A DNA stretch of 64,000 nt, taken from Deltaproteobacteria bacterium (GTDB lineage: Bacteria > SAR324 > NAC60-12). Of the stretch, positions 50,085 to 60,029 are shown one piece after another (within the stretch, counting starts at the first letter, position 1; each line of letters opens with the position of its first letter). Location: the NCBI GenBank assembly GCA_038150265.1, contig JAYOTF010000003.1, positions 1 through 64,000 on the forward strand, read 5' to 3'. The position numbers and the translations under genes are program-made. Under the pieces are notes generated by a model. The model had not been told where the DNA came from. It saw only the letters and a program-made list of their open reading frames with translations, and ran no database searches.

Positions 50085-52085
50085 TCAGGCCTCTGCAGCA
50101 GCATCCCCCGCTTTCATCCCCAACCAATTCCGGAGGGTCGCTTCGTCCAGCAGCGTGACGCCGAGTTGCTCGGCCTTGGTCCGCTTCGATCCGGCGTTGG
50201 CCCCCGCAAGCAGGAAGTCCGTCTTCTTGGAGACGCTTCCCGTCACGTTGGCGCCCGCCTCTTCCAGGCGCTGCTTCCAGACGTCTCGAGGCTCAGTCAG
50301 CGTGCCTGTGATGACGACCACCTTGCCTTCCAGCTCAGCCACCTTCTGCCCAGCCTGCTCGCTCGCCTGAGGTTCCACACCGTGTGCCAGCAAGCGGTCG
50401 ACAAACGCCTGCTGCTCTGGATTCCGGAAAAAGTCTGACACCGACTTCGCAATGATCGGCCCGACCTCACCGATGCGAGAGAGCTCTTCCTGAGAAGCCT
50501 CTCGAAGGGCCGTCAGGGTTCCCAGTCGGCGGGCCAACAGTTTGGCCGTCTTCTCTCCCACATGCGGAATGCCGAGCGCATGCAGGAACGCTCCAAGCGG
50601 ACGCTGCTTGGAGCCCTCAATGCCGGTGACCACGTTCTGTGCGGATTTGGGTCCCATCCGCTCCAGCTGCGCCAGGTCCTCCGCCTGCACGGAATACAGG
50701 TCGGCGGCATCTCCGATCAAGCCGGCGGCAAAGAGCTGCTCAACGAGCGCTGGGCCAATCGTCTCAATGTCCATCGCCTTGCGGGAGACGTAGTGAAGCA
50801 CCCGTTCGCGCTGCTGAGCAGGACACCCCAGGTTGGGGCACCGCCAATCGACCTCTCCGGAACCCTGCTCTGCCGGGGTGTCACAAACCGGACACGCCTG
50901 AGGCGGCAGCACCGGAACCGCCTGGGCCCAGCGTTGAGCCGCATCCACCGCCACCACCTTGGGAATGATCTCCCCGCCCTTCTCCAGCGTCACGGAATCG
51001 CCAAGGTGCAGGCCCAGGCGAGCCACCTGGTCGTAGTTGTGAAGCGTGGCGCGAGACACGATGGTGCCGTTCAGCGAGACGGGATCCAGGATCGCTACCG
51101 GGGTCAGGGAACCCGTCCGGCCCACGCCAATCTCCACAGCCCGCAAGACCGACGTCGCCTGCTCGGCTGTAAACTTGAACGCCCGGGCCCAGCGTGGGGA
51201 CTTGGCGGTGTAGCCGGCCTGTTCCTGCAGCGCCAGGGAGTTGACCTTCACCACCACCCCGTCAATTTCGTAAGGCAGGGCCTCATGGTGGTGCTCCCAG
51301 TGCTCACAAAACGCCACTACCTCGTCAATGGAAGACACCCGACGGGCTTCGGGGTTGGTGGGCAGCCCCCACTGTTCCAGTTGTTCCAGACACCCAAAGT
51401 GAGTCGCCGCCATGGGGCCCTCCACCTGATTGTACAGGAACAGGCTCAGGCGACGGCGACGGACCTCGCTGCTGTCCAGCATCCGCAAGGAACCTGCGGC
51501 CGCATTCCGAGGATTCTTGAAGGATGCCTCGCCTTGTGCTTCCCGGCGCTGGTTGAGTCGCTCAAAGTCGTCCCGCGCCAGGTACACCTCACCCCGGACT
51601 TCCAGGGTGAGCGGTTCCGGAAGTTGGTGGGGCAGGCCCTGGACGGTCTTCAGGTTGGGGGTCACCTCGTCCCCTTCGTTTCCATCTCCTCGCGTCACCC
51701 CCACCGTCAGGGCTCCGTTTTCGTACTGCACCGAAACCGCAAGGCCGTCGATTTTCAACTCGCAGACGTACTCCACCTCCGAGGTCCCCAGGAGCTTCTT
51801 CAGGTCAGCATCCCACTCCCGGATTTCTTCGAGCGAGTAGAGGTTGGAGAGGCTCAGCATCGGAATGCGGTGGGTCCGAGTGGGAAAGGACTGGAGGGGC
51901 TCTGCCGAAACCTGGGCCAGGGGAGAAGCGGCCTGGTCTTCAGGATGCTCCTGGAGCCACTGCTGGACCTGCGTGACCCGCTCATCGTAAACCGCATCCG
52001 AAACCAGAGGTTCGGCTTCGCAGTAGTAAGCGTGGCGGTAGCGGTGGAGTTCTTCGAAGAGGGAGGAGGGGGCAGTCATGATCAT
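50085..52085 (-). CDS. ligA: NAD-dependent DNA ligase
   Basis: MLSL, ELKIDG (adenylated Lys), TRGDG, NPRNAAAGS, C4 zinc finger, HhH repeats, BRCT (GSVSKKTD). Confidence 0.97.
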   Translation of the reverse strand: MIMTAPSSLFEELHRYRHAYYCEAEPLVSDAVYDERVTQVQQWLQEHPEDQAASPLAQVSAEPLQSFPTRTHRIPMLSLSNLYSLEEIREWDADLKKLLGTSEVEYVCELKIDGLAVSVQYENGALTVGVTRGDGNEGDEVTPNLKTVQGLPHQLPEPLTLEVRGEVYLARDDFERLNQRREAQGEASFKNPRNAAAGSLRMLDSSEVRRRRLSLFLYNQVEGPMAATHFGCLEQLEQWGLPTNPEARRVSSIDEVVAFCEHWEHHHEALPYEIDGVVVKVNSLALQEQAGYTAKSPRWARAFKFTAEQATSVLRAVEIGVGRTGSLTPVAILDPVSLNGTIVSRATLHNYDQVARLGLHLGDSVTLEKGGEIIPKVVAVDAAQRWAQAVPVLPPQACPVCDTPAEQGSGEVDWRCPNLGCPAQQRERVLHYVSRKAMDIETIGPALVEQLFAAGLIGDAADLYSVQAEDLAQLERMGPKSAQNVVTGIEGSKQRPLGAFLHALGIPHVGEKTAKLLARRLGTLTALREASQEELSRIGEVGPIIAKSVSDFFRNPEQQAFVDRLLAHGVEPQASEQAGQKVAELEGKVVVITGTLTEPRDVWKQRLEEAGANVTGSVSKKTDFLLAGANAGSKRTKAEQLGVTLLDEATLRNWLGMKAGDAAAEA

Positions 52086-52107
52086 TCTGGAAGTCTAGGG
52101 AGGGGGG

Positions 52108-53244
52108 CTACCCTCCAATTTCTTTGGTCAGACGACTCTGAAGCTGGGGCACTCCGGCTTGATTGGAGATGGACCGCAGGCGCTCCACCGCCTCCTTGAC
52201 CATGGCCTTGTGCTCCTCCGGAGGGTCGACCTTGAAGAGCCGGTAGGCGGCGGATTTCATTTGACAGAGTTGCCCGAACTTGAAGAGGATCGCGACCTCC
52301 ACCGGTTGCCGGGGCGTCGCTCCCACCTTCTTCATCGCTCGCTTGATGGCCGCAAGCGCCATTGCCGAGCTTTGCAGACCGTCGTGCTTGGCAGACTCGT
52401 CCTGACTCAACGAGCCCTGGAGGATCCGCAAGCGTGCCTGAATCTCGAGGATGCGAGCGTCGTGGTAGCCCGTGAGTGGATTGTTCCGCTCCAGTCGCTG
52501 CATCGGGTCCATGATGTTCCGGCGCGCTTTTTCCGCAGGAGGAATAAACGCCAGGGCTTTCAGCATCGGATCAACGCCATACTTGATGTCACCAAAGAGT
52601 ATTTTTCCCGACAGCATCAATTCCCGCGTATTCAATTCGTAGTCGTTTTCATCCTGCGGAACTTTCAACAATTGAGCGCATTCCTGCAGAAAGGAAACCC
52701 CACTTTTTGTTCGCTGAACCTGCTCCTTGATCATCGAGTCCGCGCCCCCGGACTGTAGCCGCATCAGGTCCCGCTTGAAGAACGCATACAGGCTGGCAAA
52801 GTAACGGAACTGCGCCTTCCCCGCCACCCGGATGCGCTGGAGGGTGAGGACGTCGCCATCCAGCTCCACGAGCGTCAGCAGGTAGGCGTCACGTGCCGCC
52901 ACCAGATCATCCTTGCGGCAGTTATCCAAAAAGTGCTGAACCAGCCCCAATCGCATCTCGGTGTTCCCCGGATCCGAAGCCAGTTTTTCGGAGTACGCGC
53001 GGGCCACATCATCCCCAATGATGGCAGCCAGGCGGCTACCGAAGGCATCCATTTCATTGGCCTGCCCTGACTTGCCTCCATGAACCGACAGCCCCTGCAA
53101 GACGCCGGAAACGATTCGACTCTTGCGGTGGCTCCGGACCTGAGACGCCGGTTTTTCGACGTCTTTACGGAGCGCCTCAAATACCGCAAATGGGGAGATG
53201 ACTTCAGGGAGTTCTCGAAGAGATGTTGCGATTTGCTCTGCCAA
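52108..53244 (-). CDS. Hypothetical alpha-helical protein (378 aa)
   Basis: Long ORF with TTG start filling the gap between the K+ channel and ligA; amphipathic helical composition; no recognised motif. Confidence 0.7.
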   Translation of the reverse strand: MAEQIATSLRELPEVISPFAVFEALRKDVEKPASQVRSHRKSRIVSGVLQGLSVHGGKSGQANEMDAFGSRLAAIIGDDVARAYSEKLASDPGNTEMRLGLVQHFLDNCRKDDLVAARDAYLLTLVELDGDVLTLQRIRVAGKAQFRYFASLYAFFKRDLMRLQSGGADSMIKEQVQRTKSGVSFLQECAQLLKVPQDENDYELNTRELMLSGKILFGDIKYGVDPMLKALAFIPPAEKARRNIMDPMQRLERNNPLTGYHDARILEIQARLRILQGSLSQDESAKHDGLQSSAMALAAIKRAMKKVGATPRQPVEVAILFKFGQLCQMKSAAYRLFKVDPPEEHKAMVKEAVERLRSISNQAGVPQLQSRLTKEIGG

Positions 53245-53350
53245 AATCTAACTCGTTGAGAGGACCGAATAAGCCAGAAGACGCTAAGGGAACTCTACCA
53301 GCTTTGCAAGTTGTTTACACCACTCGCAATCCGGAGAAACCCGGATTTCT

Positions 53351-54340
53351 TCACTCAGGAAGACAGGTTTCATGCAAGCGCGCCAGCTCCTTGCGTTTTC
53401 CCAGTACAATAACCGTATCCTGCTCCTGAAGAAAGGTCTCTCCACTCACATCAAAGTGCCGCTCGCCTTTCCGGATCACCGCCAGGATTTTGACAAAGCT
53501 GCTCAAATGCAGCTCGCTCAGTTTTTTCCCGGCAATGGCCGAACGGTCCGGAAGCTGGATCTGATCCAGCGCCCAGTCATCGTTGTCAATGTCGAGTGCA
53601 AAGCCGAGGAAGTCCATCACGTCCGGACGGAGCAGCGTGTGCACCACCTGGAAGCCTCCGAGCTCAAAGGGAGAGAGGACGCGGTTCGCTCCCGCGCGGA
53701 CCAGCTTCTTCTCCATCATGGGCTCAGAGGCCCACGCGACAATGTTGAGGCTCGGGTTCAGCTGCCGGGCCGAGAGCACCAAAAAGGCATTGTCGGCATC
53801 ATCCCCCAGGATCGCGATCAGCCCCTTCGCCTTGTCAATGCCCGCTTGCTCCAGGAAGTGGTCATCCGTCGCATCTCCATGAATGCTGAGCATCTCCAGC
53901 TCCTCAGCCACACCTACCCGCTCCGAGGCATTCTCAATGACGACAAAGGGGATCTTGTGATTCAGGAGCTGCCGGCACACCGCCCGTCCCTTGCGTCCCA
54001 GGCCGCAGACAATGTAGTGGCCCTGCAGTTGTTTCATGTACCGCTCCTTCTTGAGTTTCCGGACCAGCGTGTGGATGCCCCCCTCGGTGATGAAGGAAAA
54101 GACGGAGGCAATCGAGTAGGCCACCGTTCCCAAGCTAACAAAAATCAGGACAATGGTGAACATCCGTCCACCAAAGCTCAGGGGCTGAGTCTCTCCGTAC
54201 CCGACCGACGAGATGGTGATGATCGTCATGTAGAGCGCGTCCTGCCAGTCCCATCCCTCAATGAAGATGTATCCGATGGTACCGGTCAGCACCACAACCG
54301 GGGGCAACAGGGTCAGCCAGAGGAGTCGACCAAAAATCAT
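53351..54340 (-). CDS. Two-TM potassium channel with RCK (TrkA-N/TrkA-C) domains
   Basis: DALYMTIITISSVGYG pore, HYIVCGLGRKG, GDAT, AGANRVLSP. Start ATG 54340. Confidence 0.9.
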   Translation of the reverse strand: MIFGRLLWLTLLPPVVVLTGTIGYIFIEGWDWQDALYMTIITISSVGYGETQPLSFGGRMFTIVLIFVSLGTVAYSIASVFSFITEGGIHTLVRKLKKERYMKQLQGHYIVCGLGRKGRAVCRQLLNHKIPFVVIENASERVGVAEELEMLSIHGDATDDHFLEQAGIDKAKGLIAILGDDADNAFLVLSARQLNPSLNIVAWASEPMMEKKLVRAGANRVLSPFELGGFQVVHTLLRPDVMDFLGFALDIDNDDWALDQIQLPDRSAIAGKKLSELHLSSFVKILAVIRKGERHFDVSGETFLQEQDTVIVLGKRKELARLHETCLPE

Positions 54341-55266
54341 GGGCCCGTTCCTCGTTCCCAGCGCTCCAGCACCCGCCGTAGCTGTTCCGGAGGGCATTGA
54401 AACTGACGAGCCTTCGGCGGAACCAGCACCTCATGCCCGCGTCCTCCTGTGGCCTGCACCAGCTGTTCGTAACAGCCGCCCCCACTCTTGCGGACCGGGC
54501 GGATCTCCAGCACCCGTGTCTGCGGAGGCGCAAAGAGCAGGTTGGTCAGCCCGGCTCCATGCGGAGCCACCACCCACTCAGCCTGGCGAAACAGCGCCAC
54601 TTGCTCTGGAATTGAATGAGTTTCCAGCATCACCGGTTCCACACCAAAGGACTCCATGACAGGTAACAGTTCCGACTCATTGACCAGGTGCCGCCGCGTT
54701 GCCTGAGCCCGGGAAAGGTACACCCGCCGCCGACGTTTGAGGGGCTGAGGCGGCACCACCTCTTCAAAAAACCGCTGCAGCCGCTGAGCCTTGGCCACCG
54801 ACCACTCCTCCGCTTCATGCCCCGGAACCCAGAGCGCCTCCGGGACCCAGGCTCCCGGCTTCAGGCGCTGCACCGGCCATCCGGATGCCGTCAGGAAGGC
54901 TTCAAACGCCTGCGGCCAATCGGGACGAACCAGCACCGGAAGCCGGGGGGCCAGGAGCAGTTCCGGAAGCAGGTCGGTCAGCAGGTGGTAGTAACTGTTC
55001 AGGTGCGGGTGCAGCCCCCAGTGAAAGGTGCCGGAGAGTTCCTGGGCCTGCTCGAGCTGCGGCAACGCCTCACGCAGCCGCCACCCCATGTGCCGAAACG
55101 CCTTGCCCTGAGTCGGGTTTTCCTCCGGGTGGACCCGGCTCCAGCGAAAGCGCTGGAAGTGGAACCACAGCGCCTCGTCTGTCACCACCAGCCCATCCGG
55201 ACTGGAGACCAGGGGCTGCTTCAGCCTCAGCGTGCTTGCCTGCTTCATCCAGATTTTGCGTTGCAC
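54337..55266 (-). CDS. Glycosyltransferase family 61 (DUF563)-like protein
   Basis: SYYHLLTD, VYLSR...RRHLVNE, EQVALF, APHGAGLTNLLF, VLEI. Start uncertain (55266 or 55248). Confidence 0.8.
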   Translation of the reverse strand: MQRKIWMKQASTLRLKQPLVSSPDGLVVTDEALWFHFQRFRWSRVHPEENPTQGKAFRHMGWRLREALPQLEQAQELSGTFHWGLHPHLNSYYHLLTDLLPELLLAPRLPVLVRPDWPQAFEAFLTASGWPVQRLKPGAWVPEALWVPGHEAEEWSVAKAQRLQRFFEEVVPPQPLKRRRRVYLSRAQATRRHLVNESELLPVMESFGVEPVMLETHSIPEQVALFRQAEWVVAPHGAGLTNLLFAPPQTRVLEIRPVRKSGGGCYEQLVQATGGRGHEVLVPPKARQFQCPPEQLRRVLERWERGTGP

Positions 55267-55329
55267 CTCTGCTGAAAGTTCTGCACCCTGAGCCTGTTCC
55301 GCCCCTCACACCGGTCACCAGTCCATCCC

Positions 55330-55869
55330 ATGAGCGAAGTCATTCTCTACACGGCCGTCAGCCTTGATGGCTTCATTGCCCCCGAAGACGGATCCCTCGA
55401 CTGGCTGGAGTCTCCGGACTACCAGACCCCGGAGGTCCGCGAGGAAGACTTCGGCTACGGAAGCCTCCTCGAACAAACCCGGCTGCTGGCCGTTGGGCGC
55501 CTCACCTACGAGCAGATTGCCAGGCAAGGGCAGTGGAACTACCCTGGCCGGGAAACCGTGGTCTTTTCGAGCCAGACGCTCACCGCCCTTCCCGACTCCG
55601 TCACCCAGGCTTCCGGACCTCTGCCCCAGCAGGTTGCCGCCTGGAAGCAGCGACTGAACGGCAACATCTGGCTTGTCGGCGGTGGCGTCTTGAACGGCGC
55701 TTTTCTTCAGGAAGGCCTGATTGACCGCCTGATCCTGACCCTCCTGCCGGTCACCCTGGGTTCCGGAAGACCCCTGTTTGCCGGCGAGACGCGTCCGCAC
55801 CACTGGTCCCTCTGCCGCAATCAGGCGTGGCCCAACGGCTTCACCCAGCTGGAGTATGTACCGCGTTAG
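55330..55869 (+). CDS. Dihydrofolate reductase / RibD C-terminal family protein
   Basis: YTAVSLDGFIA, GRLTYE, IWLVGGG, LPVTLGSGRPLF. Confidence 0.88.
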   Translation: MSEVILYTAVSLDGFIAPEDGSLDWLESPDYQTPEVREEDFGYGSLLEQTRLLAVGRLTYEQIARQGQWNYPGRETVVFSSQTLTALPDSVTQASGPLPQQVAAWKQRLNGNIWLVGGGVLNGAFLQEGLIDRLILTLLPVTLGSGRPLFAGETRPHHWSLCRNQAWPNGFTQLEYVPR

Positions 55870-57466
55870 GCAACTCTGGGCCGCATTCGGGCTCCTGCTG
55901 CTGGGGGGAGTCACGGCTCAGGCCAACGGCCGAACGGCGCTTCAGGCAACGGCCTCTCCGTTTGTCATTCACGACCGGGCTCCCACCACCCCCGCTTCCG
56001 GAAGCGAGGCCACGCTCACACTTGTCCTGACGTCCGACCTCCACGGCTCGCTCCATTCGGCCTCGTCCCAAAAACCTCGGGGGCTGTTGCACCTTGCCCA
56101 GCCCCTGCAGCGCCTGAGGCGCGAGCATCCGGATCTGATTTTGCTGGATGGCGGAGACACCATTCAGGGGGGCCTGACGAACGCCTTCCTGGCCGCTCAC
56201 CCCCGCCAGCAGCTGCCGGTCATCACCCTCATGAATGCCTTGGGTTACGCGGCCACCGTGCTTGGGAACCACGACCTGGAGCCGCCTTCCGACCTGCTGC
56301 AGCACGCGATCCAGCAGTCACACTTTCCCTGGCTCGGGGCCAACGTTCAGGCGGTTGAGTCCGGGGAACCGCTGTTGCCGCCTTACCGGATCTTCGAGCG
56401 CCAGGGCGTCCGGATCGGCGTACTCGGCCTGACCACTCCGGGAATCCCGCTTTGGGTGGATCCGGAACAGTACGAGGGACTGGAGTTTGCGGACCTGCTC
56501 GTCAGCCTGAAGCCGTGGGTCACGGTACTACACGAACGAGAAAAGGTCGATGTCCTCATCGCGCTGCTGCACAGTGGCGACGAGGCCGACTACGACCACT
56601 GGGCAGCCCTCGGCGAGGGCCTCCCGGATCCCAATGCCGCCGGGTTGGTCGCCGACACCGTTGACGGTGTCGATGTCGTGGTCTCCGGACACGCCCACAA
56701 GCTCTTTCCACGCCAGGCCACGACGCGCCTGACGCGCTTCCGCAAGCCGGTCATTTCTCCGGGAAGCCGTGCGCTGGGGATGTCAGTGGTGACCCTCATG
56801 CTGCAGGCCTCGCAGCAGAGGTGGCACCTGGACCGGGTGCAAGCCTACTGGGAACCTGCTGCCGCGCGTCCGGATCCACACCTTCAGGCCAGGGTGCAGG
56901 CGGCTTTGGACCAGGCGGAGCAGTGGGCGCAGGAGCCCACCCGCTGGCGCTTCCGGAACCCTCCTGACCGAAACGAGCTGAATGCGTGCGGCACCTGGCT
57001 CCAGCACCGGGCGGTGGTGGGACCCTCCGGAGGAGCCAGCTTGCTGCCGGCCTGGTGGTTCTGGTTTCGCCTCTCAGCAGAAGCGCCTCACCCACTGGTC
57101 CGGAGGCGGCACCTGCTGCGCTGGATCCGGTACGACAACACGCTCGTGCAGGCGCGCCAGACACGACGGCAGCTGGAGCTTTGGCTCCAGCCCTACCAGC
57201 GTTGGAAAGCAGGGGAGCGGGTCCGGCTCAGCTCGGTTCTGGCACCACACGGGCTGGAGCTTCCGCCTCAGCAGGCTCAGCCGGTTTGGCTGACCAACTA
57301 CCACTGGAACGGCGGCGGTGGGCTGGGCGCCCAGACGTTGCGGCATCCGAGTCAGGTCCTGCAAAAAGACCCGACCCTACTCCGCGATCGCGTGTTTGCC
57401 CTGCTTCAGAATCCGGATTTGCGGCTGCCTCCGGCCTGCTCCTTTCTGGAGCCCGGGACGCCTTAG
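55856..57466 (+). CDS. Secreted calcineurin-like metallophosphoesterase (5'-nucleotidase/CpdB-like)
   Basis: Signal peptide from ATG 55856; TSDLHG, DGGDTIQG, GNHD, HSG, SGHAH. Confidence 0.82.
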   Translation: MYRVRQLWAAFGLLLLGGVTAQANGRTALQATASPFVIHDRAPTTPASGSEATLTLVLTSDLHGSLHSASSQKPRGLLHLAQPLQRLRREHPDLILLDGGDTIQGGLTNAFLAAHPRQQLPVITLMNALGYAATVLGNHDLEPPSDLLQHAIQQSHFPWLGANVQAVESGEPLLPPYRIFERQGVRIGVLGLTTPGIPLWVDPEQYEGLEFADLLVSLKPWVTVLHEREKVDVLIALLHSGDEADYDHWAALGEGLPDPNAAGLVADTVDGVDVVVSGHAHKLFPRQATTRLTRFRKPVISPGSRALGMSVVTLMLQASQQRWHLDRVQAYWEPAAARPDPHLQARVQAALDQAEQWAQEPTRWRFRNPPDRNELNACGTWLQHRAVVGPSGGASLLPAWWFWFRLSAEAPHPLVRRRHLLRWIRYDNTLVQARQTRRQLELWLQPYQRWKAGERVRLSSVLAPHGLELPPQQAQPVWLTNYHWNGGGGLGAQTLRHPSQVLQKDPTLLRDRVFALLQNPDLRLPPACSFLEPGTP

Positions 57467-57467
57467 C

Positions 57468-58658
57468 TCAGGTGGTGTAGTCCGCGTTGATGGCGACGTA
57501 CTCCCGGGAAAGGTCGCAGCCCCACACCACTTCCCGGTGGGCTCCGTTTCCGACCACCAACTCAATCGGCACATCTTCGTGCTTCAGCAGCGCTGTGACG
57601 CCGTCCAGGTCAGCCGTTCCGTCTTCCATGTTGGCGGCATCAATCACCAGTCGCTCCGCCCCTCTTCCAAAGTAAATCCTCAGTTCCTCACGCTGAACGG
57701 GGTAGTCAAACGCCTTGCCAATGGCCATCACAAAGCGCCCCCAGTTCGGGTCGGCTCCATGAATGGCGGTCTTGACGAGGGGCGAGTTGATGACGGTTTT
57801 GGCAAGGGTCAACGCCATCTCCGGGCTGTGGGCTCCGGAGACCGTCAGCTCAATGAGCTTGGTCGCGCCTTCACCGTCTCGTGCCAGCTTGCGGGCCAGG
57901 GTCTGGGCCAGGCCTTCGAGGGCCTGCTCAAATGCCTCCGGATCCACGGCTCCGGCCTGTCCGCTGGCCAGCAGGACCACGGTGTCGCTCGTCGAGGTGT
58001 CGGAGTCAACCGAGACGCGGTTGAAGCTCTTGTCCACCACCCGCTTGAGCAACGGCTGCAGGGCTCCTTCCGGAAGTGCGGCATCGGTCACGATGTAGCT
58101 GAGCATGGTGGCCATGTTGGGCTCAATCATCCCGGAGCCCTTGGCCACGCCCAGCACCGTCGCGTTTCCCACCTGAGCCACCGCCCATTTCGGAACCGTA
58201 TCCGTGGTCATGATGGCCCGGGCAAACTGCTCAATGTGCGCAGGCGTGCTTCCCAGGTTGTCTGCAATGCGGGTGAAGCCGCTCCGGATGCGTTCCATCG
58301 GGAGCCGCTTGCCAATCACTCCCGTCGACGAAGGCAGCACACACTCCGGAGCCAGCCCCAGCGCCTCACCAACGCCCCGGCACATTTCCCGAGCATCGGC
58401 GATGCCGCCCTGCCCCGTGGCCACATTGGCATTCTTGGAGTTCACCACCACCGCCTGTAGCCTTCCGGAAGCCACATGCTCACGTCCCACCAAAACCGGA
58501 GCCCCAGGCATGGTGCTTCGTGTGAAGACTGCTGCCGCCTGACACGGGACCTCTGCCGCCAGAACCCCAAAGTCGAGGGTCTGGTCCTTGATCCCCAAAT
58601 TTATTCCCATCCACTGAAAGCCTCGGACTTCTACCAGTGGCGAATTCTCCAAAAACAT
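57468..58658 (-). CDS. argJ: Ornithine acetyltransferase / N-acetylglutamate synthase
   Basis: NSKNANVATG, SSTGVIG, IMTTD, KGSGMIEPNMATML, DSDTSTSD, DGEGATK, DPNWGR, NADYTT. Start 58658 or 58676. Confidence 0.95.
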   Translation of the reverse strand: MFLENSPLVEVRGFQWMGINLGIKDQTLDFGVLAAEVPCQAAAVFTRSTMPGAPVLVGREHVASGRLQAVVVNSKNANVATGQGGIADAREMCRGVGEALGLAPECVLPSSTGVIGKRLPMERIRSGFTRIADNLGSTPAHIEQFARAIMTTDTVPKWAVAQVGNATVLGVAKGSGMIEPNMATMLSYIVTDAALPEGALQPLLKRVVDKSFNRVSVDSDTSTSDTVVLLASGQAGAVDPEAFEQALEGLAQTLARKLARDGEGATKLIELTVSGAHSPEMALTLAKTVINSPLVKTAIHGADPNWGRFVMAIGKAFDYPVQREELRIYFGRGAERLVIDAANMEDGTADLDGVTALLKHEDVPIELVVGNGAHREVVWGCDLSREYVAINADYTT

Positions 58659-58799
58659 GGCACCCTTGTGACGCATTGAGTGAGCAAACGAGAAAGGTTG
58701 GTCCCGGGCGGCGGGGACTCATGAAGGACCACCTGTTTTCCGATCCGCCCCACGGCTCCCAGCCTTTTCCTGAAACCGCACTGGCACCACGCTTCCAAC

Positions 58800-60029
58800 A
58801 TGGCCACACCCCTTCCCGAAGACCTCCAAACTTACGGCATTTCCGACAAACACTACAAGCGGAAGCTCAAGGAGATGACCAAAAAGGATGGGAAGGAGCC
58901 TGATCCGGACTCGGTCGTTGAGGCCCTCTTTCATGACCTCATCAAGGAGGCCCACAACTACGAGGTCCTGCAGGTGCTCTACTGGAACCTCGCCGTCTTC
59001 AAGGACTCCCGGGGCAAGGACTCCTGGAAGGAGCAGCAGCGCTCCCACCAGTGTCGCCTCAAGCAGCTGCAGGAATCGAACACGGAGAAGGTGAAGATCG
59101 TGGCCAGCGCCTGCTGCAACGAGTGCGCAAAGCTCCACAACCAGGTCATCAAGCTCGACAAGGCGCTCCGGACGCTCCCGGTGCCCTACCGGAAGTGTGA
59201 GGGGCACCTCAGCTCCGATCACCGTTGGTGCACCGCCCTCTACATGCCGGCTGAGCCCGACGCGCCTGAAAGCCCTCACCCACCTCCAGCAGATCCCGAT
59301 GTTCCGGAAGAGCCCGAGTTGGCCGATGACGGAGGAAAGAGCGAAAAGGCCGGCGCAGCAGACATCGCAGCCAGTGCCACGGAAGCCGCTCAGGCGGCAG
59401 CGCCGTATGCCCTCACTGCTGCCGGAGTCGCCGGAGGGGTGGCGCTGGCGTTGCTGATGCCGTTGGGCGTTGGGCTGATTCCGGGAATTGCCCTCGCGGT
59501 GTTGAGCCTGAGCTTCATGCCGCAGCTGTGGCGGCCGCTGGCGATGCGCTTTCCGGTGCTTCAGGGAGAGTGGACCCGCCGGGGGCTTTGGGCGCTGCTC
59601 TTGCTGTTACTGCTGCTGCTGGCGCTGCTGCTGCTTTTGCTGGAGGAACCCAAGAAGCCCTCCACCAACCTCAACACCCTTCCGAGCTACTCGGTCAGCA
59701 GCATGGAGGACCGGAGCGTCTCCACGCGAGCCCGCATGCAGGCCACCATTCAGGCTCCCGAGGCGGCCACTCCGCAGGAGTTTGCCCGACTCGCCGCCAA
59801 GGCGGCTCAGGATTTGGCCAACAAGCGAAACTCCGAGGGCAAGCCCTATGAATTTGTCACGGTTGTCCTGGAGGGTCCGGATGGGAAGCCGCTGGCCGTA
59901 GTGGATTATGCACCTGATGGCAAGGGTCGGGAAGGCATCATGAGCGACCGTCCGGAGAATCAGTTTCAGTGGGACATCCGGGTGGCTGACCCGAACACCG
60001 GACAGCTCAATCAGATGCTGAAGCGGTAG
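58800..60029 (+). CDS. Hypothetical membrane protein: Cys/His-rich N-domain, acidic Pro-rich linker, about 3 TM helices, extracytoplasmic C-domain
   Basis: CCNEC...LPVPYRKC...HRWC; PEPDAPESPHPPPADPD linker; Leu-rich TM; C-terminal LAVVDYAPDGKG...W (DUF4875-like, from memory). Confidence 0.7.
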   Translation: MATPLPEDLQTYGISDKHYKRKLKEMTKKDGKEPDPDSVVEALFHDLIKEAHNYEVLQVLYWNLAVFKDSRGKDSWKEQQRSHQCRLKQLQESNTEKVKIVASACCNECAKLHNQVIKLDKALRTLPVPYRKCEGHLSSDHRWCTALYMPAEPDAPESPHPPPADPDVPEEPELADDGGKSEKAGAADIAASATEAAQAAAPYALTAAGVAGGVALALLMPLGVGLIPGIALAVLSLSFMPQLWRPLAMRFPVLQGEWTRRGLWALLLLLLLLLALLLLLLEEPKKPSTNLNTLPSYSVSSMEDRSVSTRARMQATIQAPEAATPQEFARLAAKAAQDLANKRNSEGKPYEFVTVVLEGPDGKPLAVVDYAPDGKGREGIMSDRPENQFQWDIRVADPNTGQLNQMLKR

